Part shown: one piece after another, positions 9,830 through 20,032 of the stretch
How positions within the stretch are numbered: position 1 is the first letter of the stretch
How the letters are laid out: the number at the start of each line of letters is the position of its first letter
From: Alphaproteobacteria bacterium
GTDB taxonomy: Bacteria; Pseudomonadota; Alphaproteobacteria; MPNO01
Assembly (NCBI GenBank): GCA_964291675.2
Contig: OZ219866.1
Location: forward strand, 1,312,001-1,376,000
Length of the DNA stretch: 64,000 bases
Direction: 5' to 3'
The notes under the pieces: generated by a model
The model's database searches: none
What the model was told of the DNA's origin: nothing
Seen by the model: only the letters and a program-made list of their open reading frames with translations
Translations under genes and position numbers: made by a program

Positions 9830-10827
9830 GCGACCGCCTCGCCGCGTTTATCCGGGCGGAAGCCGGCGCGGATTGGGTCGGCATCGCCAACGAGAAGCGG
9901 CTGGCGGGCGGCGCGATCCAGGAGAACCGCGCGCTCGACGTGGACATCGCGGGCGGCCCGCTTGCCGGGCGGCACGAGCTGGTATTGCGGACCGAGGCGA
10001 AATCCTCGGTGCCGCTCAGCCAGCCGGTCGCCCACCAGTTCGCCTGTCTGGAACGCGCCCGCTCGGTGGGGATGACGGTGCCGGAACCGCTCTGGCGGTC
10101 CGACGATCCCGGCATCGTCGGCGCCCCGTTCTATCTGATGCGCCGCATCGAGGGCGAGGCGCTCGGCAACCGCGTGGTGCGGCAGGGGCCGAACCCGGCG
10201 CTTGCCGAGACCCTCGGGCGCGAGCTCGCCAGGCTGCACCGCGTCGTGCCGCCCGACGACGTTCTCGGCTTCCTCGGCGAGCCGCCGGCCGACCCGGCCG
10301 CCTCCGGCATCGCGCTCTATCGCGGCTTTCTCGATGCCGAGGCGATGCCCCACCCGGCGATCGAGTGGGGCCTGCGCTGGCTGGAGACGCATGCAGCGGA
10401 AACCGGCGAGATCGTGCTCTGCCACCACGACTTCCGCACCGGCAACTACATGGTGCAGGACGGCCGGCTCACCGGAATCCTGGACTGGGAGTTCGCCGGC
10501 TGGGCCGACCCGATGGAGGATGTCGCCTGGTTCTGCGCGCGGTGCTGGCGTTTCGGCGCGCATGCGCTGGAGGCCGGCGGAATCGCCGACCGCGCGCCGT
10601 TCTACGCGGGATACGAGAGCGAGAGCGGGCGGCGGATCGACCCGGAAAAGATCCGTTTCTACGAGGTCATGGCGCATGTCCGCTGGGCGGTGATCGCGCT
10701 CCACCAATGCAACCGCCATCTGTCGGGCGCGGAGCGGGACCTGGAGCTCGCGCTGATCGGCCGGCGCCTCCCCGAGCTCGAACACGAGATCCTCGCGCTC
10801 ACGGCGCCGGGAGGGCGCGATGCGTGA
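9826..10827 (+). CDS. APH-family phosphotransferase, LvaA/ACAD10 kinase-like
   Basis: GTG overlaps the ACAD stop; LAGGAIQEN, HHDFRTGN, ILDWE, DPMEDVAW. Confidence 0.85.
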   Translation: MSDRLAAFIRAEAGADWVGIANEKRLAGGAIQENRALDVDIAGGPLAGRHELVLRTEAKSSVPLSQPVAHQFACLERARSVGMTVPEPLWRSDDPGIVGAPFYLMRRIEGEALGNRVVRQGPNPALAETLGRELARLHRVVPPDDVLGFLGEPPADPAASGIALYRGFLDAEAMPHPAIEWGLRWLETHAAETGEIVLCHHDFRTGNYMVQDGRLTGILDWEFAGWADPMEDVAWFCARCWRFGAHALEAGGIADRAPFYAGYESESGRRIDPEKIRFYEVMAHVRWAVIALHQCNRHLSGAERDLELALIGRRLPELEHEILALTAPGGRDA

Positions 10828-11218
10828 CAAGCCGGACATCGCCGACCTGCTGGAGACCGCGCGGACGGCGCTGATGGAAGACCTGCTCCCCAGGCTCGCG
10901 CCCGAGCACCGCTACCGCGCCCATCTGGTCGCCGCGGCGATGGCGACGGCGGCGCGCGAGCTCGCCGCCGGGGACGAGTGGCAGGCTGCGGAACGCGAGG
11001 CGCTGGCAAGGCTCCTCGGCGAGGACGCGGACTTGGAGGCACTCAATCGGAGGTTCGCGGCGAAACTGCGCGCCGGCGCCTTCGACGGCAGCGAGGCGGC
11101 CTACGCCCTCCTCGTCCGCTCGACCGCCGCCCGCCTCGCCGAGTGCAACCCGGGCTACGAGACGGGGCAGGGCGTCAGTCCGGGCGGTAGTGGATCGCCC
11201 GCATCGGCGTCGGGTTGA
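10820..11218 (+). CDS. Small helical protein, DUF6285/LvaB-like
   Basis: MRDKPDIADLL...LLPRL...ARE...LAECNPGY pattern; overlaps the kinase stop. Confidence 0.7.
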   Translation: MRDKPDIADLLETARTALMEDLLPRLAPEHRYRAHLVAAAMATAARELAAGDEWQAAEREALARLLGEDADLEALNRRFAAKLRAGAFDGSEAAYALLVRSTAARLAECNPGYETGQGVSPGGSGSPASASG

Positions 11219-11804
11219 AGGCGTTGCACTTGTTGCGCTCCTGCGGGCAGTTCGACATCGCGACCAGCACGTCGGTCTCGGCGGTGAAGTCGACGTAATC
11301 GCCCGCCTTCGAGCTCGGCAGCTCGATGGTGAAGGTGCCGTCGGGCTGGATCGGGCAGTTCATGAAGACGTTGATGTTATAGGGGATCTGCTTCCATTCG
11401 ATGCCCCAGGGCGCGAGCGCGGCGGCGAAGTTGTCGCGGCAGTTGGGCGTGCCCTCGACGCCGTAGCGGTACCGGTTGGTGAAGCGCGAGCAGGCGCCGG
11501 CGATGATGTCGTGCGTTCCGTTGGTGTCGGCGGTCATGGTCATCAGCTTGCCGGCCTCGTCGGAGAACAGCGTGTAGCCGACCCCCGGGAAGACCTGGTT
11601 GTTCAGCAGCAGCGTGTTGTGCGGCGACAGCTTCTCCTCCAGCCGGTGCAGGTTGAAGCAGAGGAAATCGGCGACCTGCTGGCCCTCGACGTCGACGATG
11701 CGGTAGACCTCGCCCTTCCTCACCTCGCAGGCGTGATGGCCGCGCGGCTCGACGAGCCTGTCCTCGATCACGGCTCCGGGAACCGTAATGACATCGGTGC
11801 CCAT
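11175..11804 (-). CDS. Urea carboxylase-associated family protein (DUF1989)
   Basis: DVEGQQVADF, HDIIAGAC, NCRDN, SNCPQ..NKCN motifs; GGAGG before ATG 11804. Confidence 0.85.
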   Translation of the reverse strand: MGTDVITVPGAVIEDRLVEPRGHHACEVRKGEVYRIVDVEGQQVADFLCFNLHRLEEKLSPHNTLLLNNQVFPGVGYTLFSDEAGKLMTMTADTNGTHDIIAGACSRFTNRYRYGVEGTPNCRDNFAAALAPWGIEWKQIPYNINVFMNCPIQPDGTFTIELPSSKAGDYVDFTAETDVLVAMSNCPQERNKCNAFNPTPMRAIHYRPD

Positions 11805-11926
11805 CCCTGCCTCCCTGGCGGTGTGCGATCGCCCAGCGTGGCACGGGCCGGGCGCCGCGTCCATGGGGGCTTTCTCGGCCGCTAGCGTGGTGTAGTCTCC
11901 GGTCTGCGCGCGTCAGGGAGGGGGCG

Positions 11927-13249
11927 ATGGCGGGGCCGACCGAGAGCGAGATCGCCGGGCTGATCCGGCCCGGGCGGGTGCATCGCCGGGTCTATGCCGA
12001 TCCGGCGATCTTCGCGCTGGAGATGGAGCGCATCTTCGCCCGCGCCTGGATCTATGTCGGGCATGAGAGCCAGGTGAAGGCGCCGGGCGACTACGTCCGC
12101 ACCCGGATCGGCCGCCGCCCGATGGTCATGACGCGCCACGAGGACGGCTCGATCCGGGTGATCCACAACCAGTGCGCCCATCGCGGCGCCATGGTGGTGG
12201 CGAAGGACGCCGGCAACGCGAGCCGGTTCGAGTGCTGCTATCACGGCTGGACCTACGCCACCGACGGCAGGCTGATCCACGTGCCGCTCAGGCACGGCTA
12301 TCCGGCCCATTTCGACCCGGACGACCCGGGGACGGCGATGGTCGCGGCGGCGCGGGTCGCGAGCTATCGCGGCTTCGTCTTCGCCTCGCTGGCGACGGAC
12401 GGGCCGCCGCTTGCCGACTTCCTCGGCTACATGACCACCTCCTTCGACGACATGGTCGACCGCGCGCCGGACGGCGAGATCGAGGTCGCGGGCGGGGTGT
12501 TCAAGCACGCCTATGACGGCAACTGGAAGCTGTACCTGGAGAATCTGTGCGACGCGGCGCATCCGATCTTCGTCCACCGCTCCTCGATCGACGCCGCCAG
12601 GGTGCAGGACGATGCGGCGCATTCGACCGGGGCGGGCGAGATCGCGGTGCGCCAGATGCGCCAGAACGGCGCGCCGCACGATTTCTGGCGCGAGCAGGTG
12701 GGTATCTGGACCTATCCCGGCGGGCACGCCTTCCTGGGCGACTACCACGACGACGAGAAGCTGGTCGCAGCCAGCGGCGATCCCCTGTTCGCCGAGTACC
12801 TCGCCGCCCTGGAGGCGAGGAAGGGGGCGGCGGAGGCGAAGCGCGTCATGGAGGTGACGCGCTGGAACTCGAACGTCTATCCCAACCTCTCCTTCATGAG
12901 CCAGTTCCGCCAGCTCCGCGTGGTCCACCCGGTCGCGGTCGACCGCACCGAGGTCCATACCTATGCCTTCCGCCTCAAGGGCGCACCGGCGCAGATGTTC
13001 GAGGACACGATCGCGTTCGCCAACGTCACCAACGGGACCGGCTCGCCGGTGCTGACCGACGACCTGGAGACCTACGGGCGGATCGGCCGGGGCGTCGCCT
13101 CGGCGGGCGCCGAGTGGATCGAGATCGGCCGCGGCTACCAGACCGACCGGCCGGACGGCACGGGCGGCGTCGCCGGCATCGATTCGACCAGCGAGGTCTA
13201 CATCCGCAACATGTACGACGCTTGGCTCGGTTTCATGGCGGCGCCGTGA
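11927..13249 (+). CDS. Rieske aromatic-ring-hydroxylating oxygenase, alpha subunit
   Basis: Rieske CAH-X17-CCYHGW; mononuclear Fe site ENLCDAAHPIFVH and LTDD. Confidence 0.93.
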   Translation: MAGPTESEIAGLIRPGRVHRRVYADPAIFALEMERIFARAWIYVGHESQVKAPGDYVRTRIGRRPMVMTRHEDGSIRVIHNQCAHRGAMVVAKDAGNASRFECCYHGWTYATDGRLIHVPLRHGYPAHFDPDDPGTAMVAAARVASYRGFVFASLATDGPPLADFLGYMTTSFDDMVDRAPDGEIEVAGGVFKHAYDGNWKLYLENLCDAAHPIFVHRSSIDAARVQDDAAHSTGAGEIAVRQMRQNGAPHDFWREQVGIWTYPGGHAFLGDYHDDEKLVAASGDPLFAEYLAALEARKGAAEAKRVMEVTRWNSNVYPNLSFMSQFRQLRVVHPVAVDRTEVHTYAFRLKGAPAQMFEDTIAFANVTNGTGSPVLTDDLETYGRIGRGVASAGAEWIEIGRGYQTDRPDGTGGVAGIDSTSEVYIRNMYDAWLGFMAAP

Positions 13250-13722
13250 GCCGGCCCGCGCCCGACGAGATCGAGAGCTTTCTCGTCGCCGAGGCGCGCA
13301 TGCTCGACGAGCGCCGCTGGGAGGACTGGCTCGCGCTGTTCGCCGAGGACGGCTGGTACTGGGTGCCGCTGGAGGAGGGCCAGGACAACCCGCGGCAGAC
13401 GGTCTCGCTGATCTATGACGACCGGCGCCTCCTGGAGACCCGCATCCGCCGCCTCGCCGAGGCGGCGCTGCACGCCCAGACCCCGGCCTCGCGCACCAGC
13501 CGCATCGTCGCCAACCCGACGGTGGAGGAGGAGGAGGGCGGCGAGGTCACCGTGCGCGCCAAGTTCCAGATGGTCGAGTCCCGCAACGACGCCCGCCGGG
13601 TCTTCGCCGGCACCACCTGGCACCGGCTCCGGCGCGACGGCGCGGGCTTCCGCATCCGCTGGAAGCGGGTCGACCTGGTCGACTGCGACGCCGTCCATGA
13701 CGGGATCAGCGTCCCGTTCTGA
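13246..13722 (+). CDS. Ring-hydroxylating oxygenase, beta subunit
   Basis: GTG overlaps the alpha stop; EARMLDERRWEDWLALF..DGWYWVP, TSRIVAN, KRVDL. Confidence 0.9.
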   Translation: MSRPAPDEIESFLVAEARMLDERRWEDWLALFAEDGWYWVPLEEGQDNPRQTVSLIYDDRRLLETRIRRLAEAALHAQTPASRTSRIVANPTVEEEEGGEVTVRAKFQMVESRNDARRVFAGTTWHRLRRDGAGFRIRWKRVDLVDCDAVHDGISVPF

Positions 13723-15483
13723 TCAGCGCCGTCCGAACAGGCGCTCGATATCGGCGAGCTTGAGCTCGACATAGGTGGGCCGGCCGTGGTTGCACTGGCC
13801 CGCGTTCGGCGTCGCCTCCATCTGGCGCAGGAGCGCGTTCATCTCGTCCGCCGTAAGCCGCCTGCCCGCGCGTACACTGCCGTGGCAGGCCATGGTGGAG
13901 CAGAGTTCGTCCAGCCGCTCCTTCAAGGCGAGCCCGGTGCCGTGCTCGGCGAGCTCGTCGGCGAGGTCGCGCACCAGCCCGCCGGCCTCGCTGACCCCGA
14001 GCAGCGCCGGCACCGCGCGCACGATCACGGCTTGCGGCCCGAAGCGCTCCAGCACCAGGCCGAGCTCGGCGAGCTCGTCGGCCCGCGCCGCCACCCGGTC
14101 GGCCGCAGTCTCGTCGAGCTCCACCACCTCGGGGATCAGGAGCTGCTGCTGCGCCGCCCCGCCCTCGCCCATCGCCGCCTTGATGCGCTCATAGACGATG
14201 CGCTCGTGCGCCGCGTGCTGGTCGACGATGACGATCCCGTCCCCGGTCTGGGCGACGACATAGGTCGCATGGAGCTGCGCCCTGGCCGCGCCGAGCGGGT
14301 GGGTGTCGCCCTCCGGCGCGGCGTCGTCGGGCGCCGCGGCGGCGGGGGCGAAGCCGTCCGGGGACGGTTGCAGCGGCGCCTGGAAGCGGGCAGCCGTCTC
14401 GGCGAGATGACCCGTGACGGCCGCGCCGGTGCCGGGGCGGAACCGGCCGAGCGTGTGGGCGGCCACGGTGGACGACGCCCGGTGCCCGGCCGCCGCGAGC
14501 GCGTGCTTCAGCGCGCCCACGATCAGCCCGCGGACCAGGGCCGCGTCGCGGAACCGGACCTCGGTCTTGGCCGGGTGGACGTTCACGTCGACCAGGCGGT
14601 GCGGCACGTCGAGCCGCAGCACCACGAGCGGGTGCCGGTCGCGGGCCAGGAGGTCGGAATAGGCCGCGCGGATCGCGCCCGAGAACAGCCGGTCCTGCAC
14701 CGGGCGGCCGTTGACGAAGACGAATTGCGCCTGCGCGTTGCCGCGGTTGAGCGTCGGCAGACCGGCGCGGCCGGTGAGCGTCAAACCCTCGCGCTCGGCC
14801 TCGACGACGACCGAGTTGTCGACGAAATCGGCGCCCATCACCTGCACCAGCCGCCCGGCATCGGCCTCCAGCAGGTCCCCGGTGCCGGCCTCGTAGCGGA
14901 GATGGGTGCGGTCCTCGCCGGCCAGCGTGAACGAGATCCCGGGCTCGGCGAGCGCGAGCCGGCGCAGCGCGTCCACCGCGTGGCGCAGCTCGGACCGCGC
15001 CGATTTGAGGAATTTGAGCCTTGCCGGCGTCGCGAAGAACAGGTCGCGCACCTCGACCCTGGTGCCGGCGGCGAGCGCGACGGGGCGGGGCAGGCCGATC
15101 GCCCCGCCCTCGACCGCGATCGCGTTGGCCGCGTCGGCGCCCCGGGCGCGGCTCGCGATGGAGAGCCGGCTCACCGAGCCGATCGAGGGCAGCGCCTCGC
15201 CGCGGAAGCCGAGCGTGGCTATGCGCGACAAATCTTCATCCGGCAATTTCGAGGTCGCGTGGCGTTCGACCGCCAGCGCGAGCTCGTCCGCCGTCATGCC
15301 ACAGCCGTCGTCGGCGACCGCGATCAGCGTGCGCCCGCCGTCGCGCAGGGTCACGTCGATGCGCCCCGCGCCGGCGTCGATCGCGTTCTCGACCAGCTCC
15401 TTGACCGCCGAGGACGGGCGTTCCACCACCTCGCCCGCGGCGATGCGGTTGACCAGCGTCGCCGGCAGCCGCCGGATCGTCAT
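13723..15483 (-). CDS. mutL: DNA mismatch repair protein MutL
   Basis: [43 protein letters not shown]. Confidence 0.97.
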   Translation of the reverse strand: MTIRRLPATLVNRIAAGEVVERPSSAVKELVENAIDAGAGRIDVTLRDGGRTLIAVADDGCGMTADELALAVERHATSKLPDEDLSRIATLGFRGEALPSIGSVSRLSIASRARGADAANAIAVEGGAIGLPRPVALAAGTRVEVRDLFFATPARLKFLKSARSELRHAVDALRRLALAEPGISFTLAGEDRTHLRYEAGTGDLLEADAGRLVQVMGADFVDNSVVVEAEREGLTLTGRAGLPTLNRGNAQAQFVFVNGRPVQDRLFSGAIRAAYSDLLARDRHPLVVLRLDVPHRLVDVNVHPAKTEVRFRDAALVRGLIVGALKHALAAAGHRASSTVAAHTLGRFRPGTGAAVTGHLAETAARFQAPLQPSPDGFAPAAAAPDDAAPEGDTHPLGAARAQLHATYVVAQTGDGIVIVDQHAAHERIVYERIKAAMGEGGAAQQQLLIPEVVELDETAADRVAARADELAELGLVLERFGPQAVIVRAVPALLGVSEAGGLVRDLADELAEHGTGLALKERLDELCSTMACHGSVRAGRRLTADEMNALLRQMEATPNAGQCNHGRPTYVELKLADIERLFGRR

Positions 15484-16784
15484 GGTGCGTCCCCCGCCGC
15501 CGCCAGGTAGGACCGGGCGAGCGCCTTCCCCGCCTCCACCGCCGGCTGGTCGAACGCATCGACACCGAGCAGATGCGCGGCGATCACGGTCTCCAGCATG
15601 AAATGCATCATCAGCGCGCCCATCGCCCTTTCGTCGAGCGCGGACAGCCGGATCACGCGGACCGGACGCCCACTGCGCGCCAGCACCTCGGCGGTGGCGC
15701 GCTGTTCGGCGGCCATCAGGTCGCCGACCGTCCTGTCCCGAATATAGGCAAGCGCCGGGTCGGCGGCGAGGGTGGCGGGGATTCGCTGCCCCGTCCCGGC
15801 GCGGTCCAGCACGATCAGGGTGAACAGCTTGTCGGCCGGCCCGTCGAGCCAGAGCTGGAGCTGGCTGTGCTGGTCGATGGTGCCGAGCGCATCGATCGGC
15901 GTGGTTCCGGCGCCGTCCTTGCCGAGGCTCTCGGCCCAGAGCTGGCGGAACCAGCGGCCGAACTCGGCCAGCCGGTCGGCATAGGGCATCAGCACGGTCT
16001 GGGCGATGCCGCGGCTCTGGAGCGCCAGCAGCGCGAGCGCCGCGCCCTCGGCGGCGGGAACCTCGCGAGGCGGCGCGCCGGCGAGCACCGGGTCGAGCAC
16101 GGCGGCGGCACCCGCCCGGATTGCGGCCGCGTCGAGCCCCGCGATCGTCGCCGGCAGCAGCCCGGGGGCGGACAGCGCCGAATACCGCCCGCCGATCCCG
16201 GGATCGCAGTCGAGCACCGGAAAGCCGTGCGCGGCGGCGAGCCGGCGCAGCGTATTGTCGCCGGGCTCGGCGAGCGCGGTCATGCATTCGCCCGCGTCGA
16301 TGCCCTTTGCATCCAGCGCAGCCAGCACGACCAGGAGCTGGGCCAGGGTCTCCGCGGTCTCGCCGGATTTGGAGACCGCGAGCCAGCCGGTGCGGGCGAG
16401 GTCGAGCGCGGCGAACATGGCGCCCATCCCGTCGGGATCGACGTTCTCGGCGAAGTCGATGCGGGGCGCGCCGGGCCGGGGTCCGAAGCCTTGGTCGGCC
16501 AGCGCGCAGAGCGTCTTGCCGCCCAGGCTCGATCCGCCCGTCCCCAGCACGACCACCCGGTCGAACCGGTCCCGGTAACGCCCCGCGATCCGCGCCAGTT
16601 CCGGCAGGTCGCCGCGCATCCCGGGCAGGCGGAACAGCGGAAGGCTGCCGTCGCCATGCGCGGCGCGGATCGCCGCCAGCGCTGGCCTGGCGTCCTCCAG
16701 CGTCACCTCGAATTTCAGCTTGTCCAGCCCGCGCGCACCGATCGCTTCGGCGAAGCAGGCGGTCAGGTCCTGGGCATAGGGCAT
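15480..16784 (-). CDS. pgi: Glucose-6-phosphate isomerase (short form)
   Basis: [45 protein letters not shown]. Confidence 0.92.
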   Translation of the reverse strand: MPYAQDLTACFAEAIGARGLDKLKFEVTLEDARPALAAIRAAHGDGSLPLFRLPGMRGDLPELARIAGRYRDRFDRVVVLGTGGSSLGGKTLCALADQGFGPRPGAPRIDFAENVDPDGMGAMFAALDLARTGWLAVSKSGETAETLAQLLVVLAALDAKGIDAGECMTALAEPGDNTLRRLAAAHGFPVLDCDPGIGGRYSALSAPGLLPATIAGLDAAAIRAGAAAVLDPVLAGAPPREVPAAEGAALALLALQSRGIAQTVLMPYADRLAEFGRWFRQLWAESLGKDGAGTTPIDALGTIDQHSQLQLWLDGPADKLFTLIVLDRAGTGQRIPATLAADPALAYIRDRTVGDLMAAEQRATAEVLARSGRPVRVIRLSALDERAMGALMMHFMLETVIAAHLLGVDAFDQPAVEAGKALARSYLAAAGDAP

Positions 16785-16791
16785 CGCCGCG

Positions 16792-18111
16792 TCACCGTTC
16801 GGCATCGAGGCCGTCCGGGCTGCCCGCGACGACGACGGTGAGCTTGTCGGGCGAGAGCAGGCGCCGCGCCACGCGGCGGACGTCCCCGACGGTCACCGCG
16901 CCGATCAGCGACGAACGCCTGTCGATATAGTCGATTCCGAGCCGGTTCTCCTGCAGACCGACCAGCATGCGGGCGATGCTGCGCGTCGAATCGAGGCGGA
17001 GCGGGAAGGCGCCGTTGAGATACCGCTTCGCCGCATCGAGCTCGTCCTCGCTCACCCCTTCGCGCGCCATCCGACCCCACTCTCTGCGCAACAGGTCGAG
17101 CGCCGTCTTCACCCGCGCATTCGCCGTGGCGAGCCCGCCGACGATGACCCCGGCCTTCTCGAACGGGGCGAGATGGCTGGAGACCGAGTAGACGAGACCC
17201 CGCTTCTCGCGGAGCTCCCGGTTGAGGCGCGAGTTTTGCCCGACCGCGAGAATGTGGTTCATCGCATAGGCGGCGTAGAAGTCGGGGTCGTGGCGCCCGA
17301 TACCGGCCTGCCCGAAGACGACGACGCTTTGCGGGACCCGCTTCCGGATCACCTTCAGCACGCCGCCTTGAGGCGCCGCCTCGGGAAGCGCGGCGGGCGC
17401 GCCCGAGGCCGGCAGCGGGCCGAACGCCTCGTCGAGCCGCCGGCCGAGCTCGTCGGGCGAGATGTCGCCGGCGACACCGACGACCAGCCCCTCGCGAACG
17501 AGCCGCTCGCGGGCGAAGCGTCTCAAATCCTCCACCGTCACCGCGGCGACGGATTGCGGCGTTCCGGCGAGGGGTCTCGCATAGGGGTGGTCGCCGAACA
17601 CCAGCCGGTACCAGGCGCGCCCCGCGAGCCGGCGGGGATTGTCCTTGCCGCTTTCGAGACCGGCGACGATCTGCCGGCGGATGCGTTCGACCGGCTCGGC
17701 GTCGAAGCGGGGGGCGGTGAGCGCTTTCCGCAAGAGCGCGAAGGCGGACGCCCGATGCTCGCTCAGCGTCCTGAGCGATCCATGGAAGCGTTCGACCCCC
17801 GCATCGAAACCCAGCGAGGCGACGATGTCGTCGAGCGCCTCCTGGAACGCCCGCGAGTCGAGCTCGCCGGCGCCTTCGTCGAGCAGGGCGGCGGCCATGT
17901 TGGCGAGACCCTGCCTGCCCTCGGGATCGAGCGCCCCGCCGACCTTGAAGGCGAAGCGGAAGCTGATCACGGGGATGGAACGGTCCTCTACCAGCCAGGC
18001 CTCGATCCCGCCGGGCGAACGGACGCGCTGGATCTCGGCCGCGGCCGCGGGAAAGGTGAGCGCGAGCGCGAACACCGCCGCCGCCACGCAGGATCGCGCG
18101 CGTCGTCGCAT
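16792..18111 (-). CDS. M16 (pitrilysin) peptidase, non-catalytic subunit
   Basis: Signal peptide, SPGGIEAWLVED, no HXXEH, LREKRGLVYS. Confidence 0.88.
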   Translation of the reverse strand: MRRRARSCVAAAVFALALTFPAAAAEIQRVRSPGGIEAWLVEDRSIPVISFRFAFKVGGALDPEGRQGLANMAAALLDEGAGELDSRAFQEALDDIVASLGFDAGVERFHGSLRTLSEHRASAFALLRKALTAPRFDAEPVERIRRQIVAGLESGKDNPRRLAGRAWYRLVFGDHPYARPLAGTPQSVAAVTVEDLRRFARERLVREGLVVGVAGDISPDELGRRLDEAFGPLPASGAPAALPEAAPQGGVLKVIRKRVPQSVVVFGQAGIGRHDPDFYAAYAMNHILAVGQNSRLNRELREKRGLVYSVSSHLAPFEKAGVIVGGLATANARVKTALDLLRREWGRMAREGVSEDELDAAKRYLNGAFPLRLDSTRSIARMLVGLQENRLGIDYIDRRSSLIGAVTVGDVRRVARRLLSPDKLTVVVAGSPDGLDAER

Positions 18112-18118
18112 CGCCGCT

Positions 18119-19459
18119 CTAGCCCGCCGGTTCCGGGAGCAGCACCGCGGTCACCGAACGCCGCTCCACGAAGACCGCCCGCGCGGCGTCCTTCACCGCC
18201 GCCGCGTCGACCGCCGCGATCCGCTCCGGCCACGCCTCGACATCGGCGATCGTCCGCCCGGTGGTCAGCGCCCGGCCGATGACGCGGGGCGCCGCGCCCA
18301 GACCGTCGCGGGCGTAGATCGCCGCGGCCAGCAACGCCCGCTTGCTGCGCGCGAGCTCGGCCTCGGTGACCCCGTGCTCCAGGATGCGGGCGATCTCGTC
18401 CCGCAGCAGCGCCTCCACCCGACCGATGTCTCCGCCGGCCAGCGCCGACGCGGATATGGTGAACTCGCCCATGTCGAGCGCGGTTCCGAGATAGCCGGCG
18501 CCGGCGCCGGATGCCGCCTTTTCCTCGATCACCAGGCGGCGGTGGAGCCGGGAGGTCGCGCCGCCGCCGAGGATGTCGTCGAGCAGCAGCAGCGGATAGG
18601 CGTGCCGGGTCTCGCCCGCCGCGAAGCTCGGCGCGCGCCAGGTGATCGAGACGCTCGGCACATGCACCCGTTCGTGCTTCAGCGTCACCCGCTTGGCGGT
18701 CAGCGGCTCGGGCTCGCCGGGACGGACGCGCGCCGGTACCGGGCGCCGGGGGATCCTGCCGTAATGCTTTTCCGCGAGGCCGCGCACGAGCTCCGCGGTG
18801 GCGTCGCCGGCGACGATCAGGATCGCGTTGTTGGGGGCGTAGTGGGTCCGGTAGAAGGCAAGCGCGTCGGCCGCGGTCAGCCCGTCGATCTCGGTCTTCC
18901 AGCCGATCACCGGGATCCGGTAGGGGTGGCGCAGATAGGTCACCGCGCGACGGCGCTCGTAGAGCTGGGCGCCCGGGCTGTTGTCGGTGCGCGAGCGCCG
19001 CTCCTCGCGCACCACACCGCGCTCCGGAGCGGCCTTTTCCTCGGTCAGCCGCAGATTGACCATGCGGTCGGCTTCCATCCGCATGACAAGCTCCAGCTTG
19101 TCGCTGGCGACGCGCTGGACATAGGCGGTGTAGTCCTGGCTGGTGAAGGCGTTGTCGGAACCGCCATTGGCGGCGACGATCCTGGAGAACGCGCCGGACG
19201 GGACCGACGGCGTGCCCTTGAACATCAGATGTTCCAGGAAATGGGCCAGGCCGGACTTGCCCGGCGGCTCGTCCGCGGCGCCGACCCTGTACCAGACCGC
19301 ATGGACGACGATCGGCGCGCGCGGATTCTCGACCACGACGACCCGGAGCCCGTTATCGAGGGTGAAGCTGCCGGGGTTGAACACCCCGGCGGCGGCGGGC
19401 AGTTGGGCCGGCGCCGCCGCCAGCAGGGCGGCGAGGATGGCGCGGCGATGGGCGCTCAG
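18119..19459 (-). CDS. M16 zinc peptidase, catalytic subunit (start uncertain)
   Basis: TLDNGLRVVV, GLAHFLEHLMFKGT (HXXEH), NAFTSQDYT; possible CTG start overlapping the upstream stop. Confidence 0.88.
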   Translation of the reverse strand: MSAHRRAILAALLAAAPAQLPAAAGVFNPGSFTLDNGLRVVVVENPRAPIVVHAVWYRVGAADEPPGKSGLAHFLEHLMFKGTPSVPSGAFSRIVAANGGSDNAFTSQDYTAYVQRVASDKLELVMRMEADRMVNLRLTEEKAAPERGVVREERRSRTDNSPGAQLYERRRAVTYLRHPYRIPVIGWKTEIDGLTAADALAFYRTHYAPNNAILIVAGDATAELVRGLAEKHYGRIPRRPVPARVRPGEPEPLTAKRVTLKHERVHVPSVSITWRAPSFAAGETRHAYPLLLLDDILGGGATSRLHRRLVIEEKAASGAGAGYLGTALDMGEFTISASALAGGDIGRVEALLRDEIARILEHGVTEAELARSKRALLAAAIYARDGLGAAPRVIGRALTTGRTIADVEAWPERIAAVDAAAVKDAARAVFVERRSVTAVLLPEPAG

Positions 19460-20031
19460 TTGAGCAGGCCCTCGAGGAAGCCGCGCTCGCGGCGCTCGAT
19501 CATCGGCGTGGCGCCGGCGGCGGGCGGCTTGCCGAGCGCCGCGTTCGACTTCAGGCGCTGCGCCTCCTGCTCCGCATCGACCACCTCGCCGGGCGGATCC
19601 GGGTTGCGCCAGAACACGATCTTGTCGATGAACCCGGTCTGGGCGTCCGCCAGCGCCCGGGACTCGGCGTCGACCTTGGCGCGGATCCCGGGATCCGCGC
19701 CGGCGGCGCCCACCCGCATCAGGAGCGCGTTTTCCGCCGGCGACGCCTCGCCGTCGGGCGATCCGCCGGCCGCCGCGCTCCGGATCAGCGTCTCGCGGAC
19801 CTGGTCCCTGATCTCGGCTTCCTGCGGCCGCCGGGTTCCGGGTGCCGGCGGACGAAGCGCGTAGTCGGGGGGCAGTGCCAGCGGTGCGCGGGTCGCGACC
19901 GCGAACTCGTCCGGCGGCTCGTTCCCGAGACCGATGCGCTGGCGCGTTTCTTCGCCGCATCCCGCCATCCCGGCCATGACGCATGCCGCCAGGACGGCGC
20001 CGAATGCGCGTCGTACCCTCATCGAACACAT
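19456..20031 (-). CDS. DUF3035 family lipoprotein
   Basis: Lipobox MAGC, PPDEFAVATRAPLALPPDYALRPPAPG; usual position after lspA. Confidence 0.85.
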   Translation of the reverse strand: MCSMRVRRAFGAVLAACVMAGMAGCGEETRQRIGLGNEPPDEFAVATRAPLALPPDYALRPPAPGTRRPQEAEIRDQVRETLIRSAAAGGSPDGEASPAENALLMRVGAAGADPGIRAKVDAESRALADAQTGFIDKIVFWRNPDPPGEVVDAEQEAQRLKSNAALGKPPAAGATPMIERRERGFLEGLLN

Positions 20032-20032
20032 C

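Noticed and set aside
11839-11853. Sigma54-like TGGCACG-N4-GGGC upstream of the Rieske gene
   Set aside because: The -12 element lacks TT, GC-rich chance matches are likely, and no activator gene is nearby
13723-16287. Apparent long N-terminal extensions of MutL (also LepA, LspA, the M16 peptidase and the APH kinase) in the ORF track
   Set aside because: The extensions are off-frame read-through of the upstream gene; family-typical starts lie at or near the upstream stop
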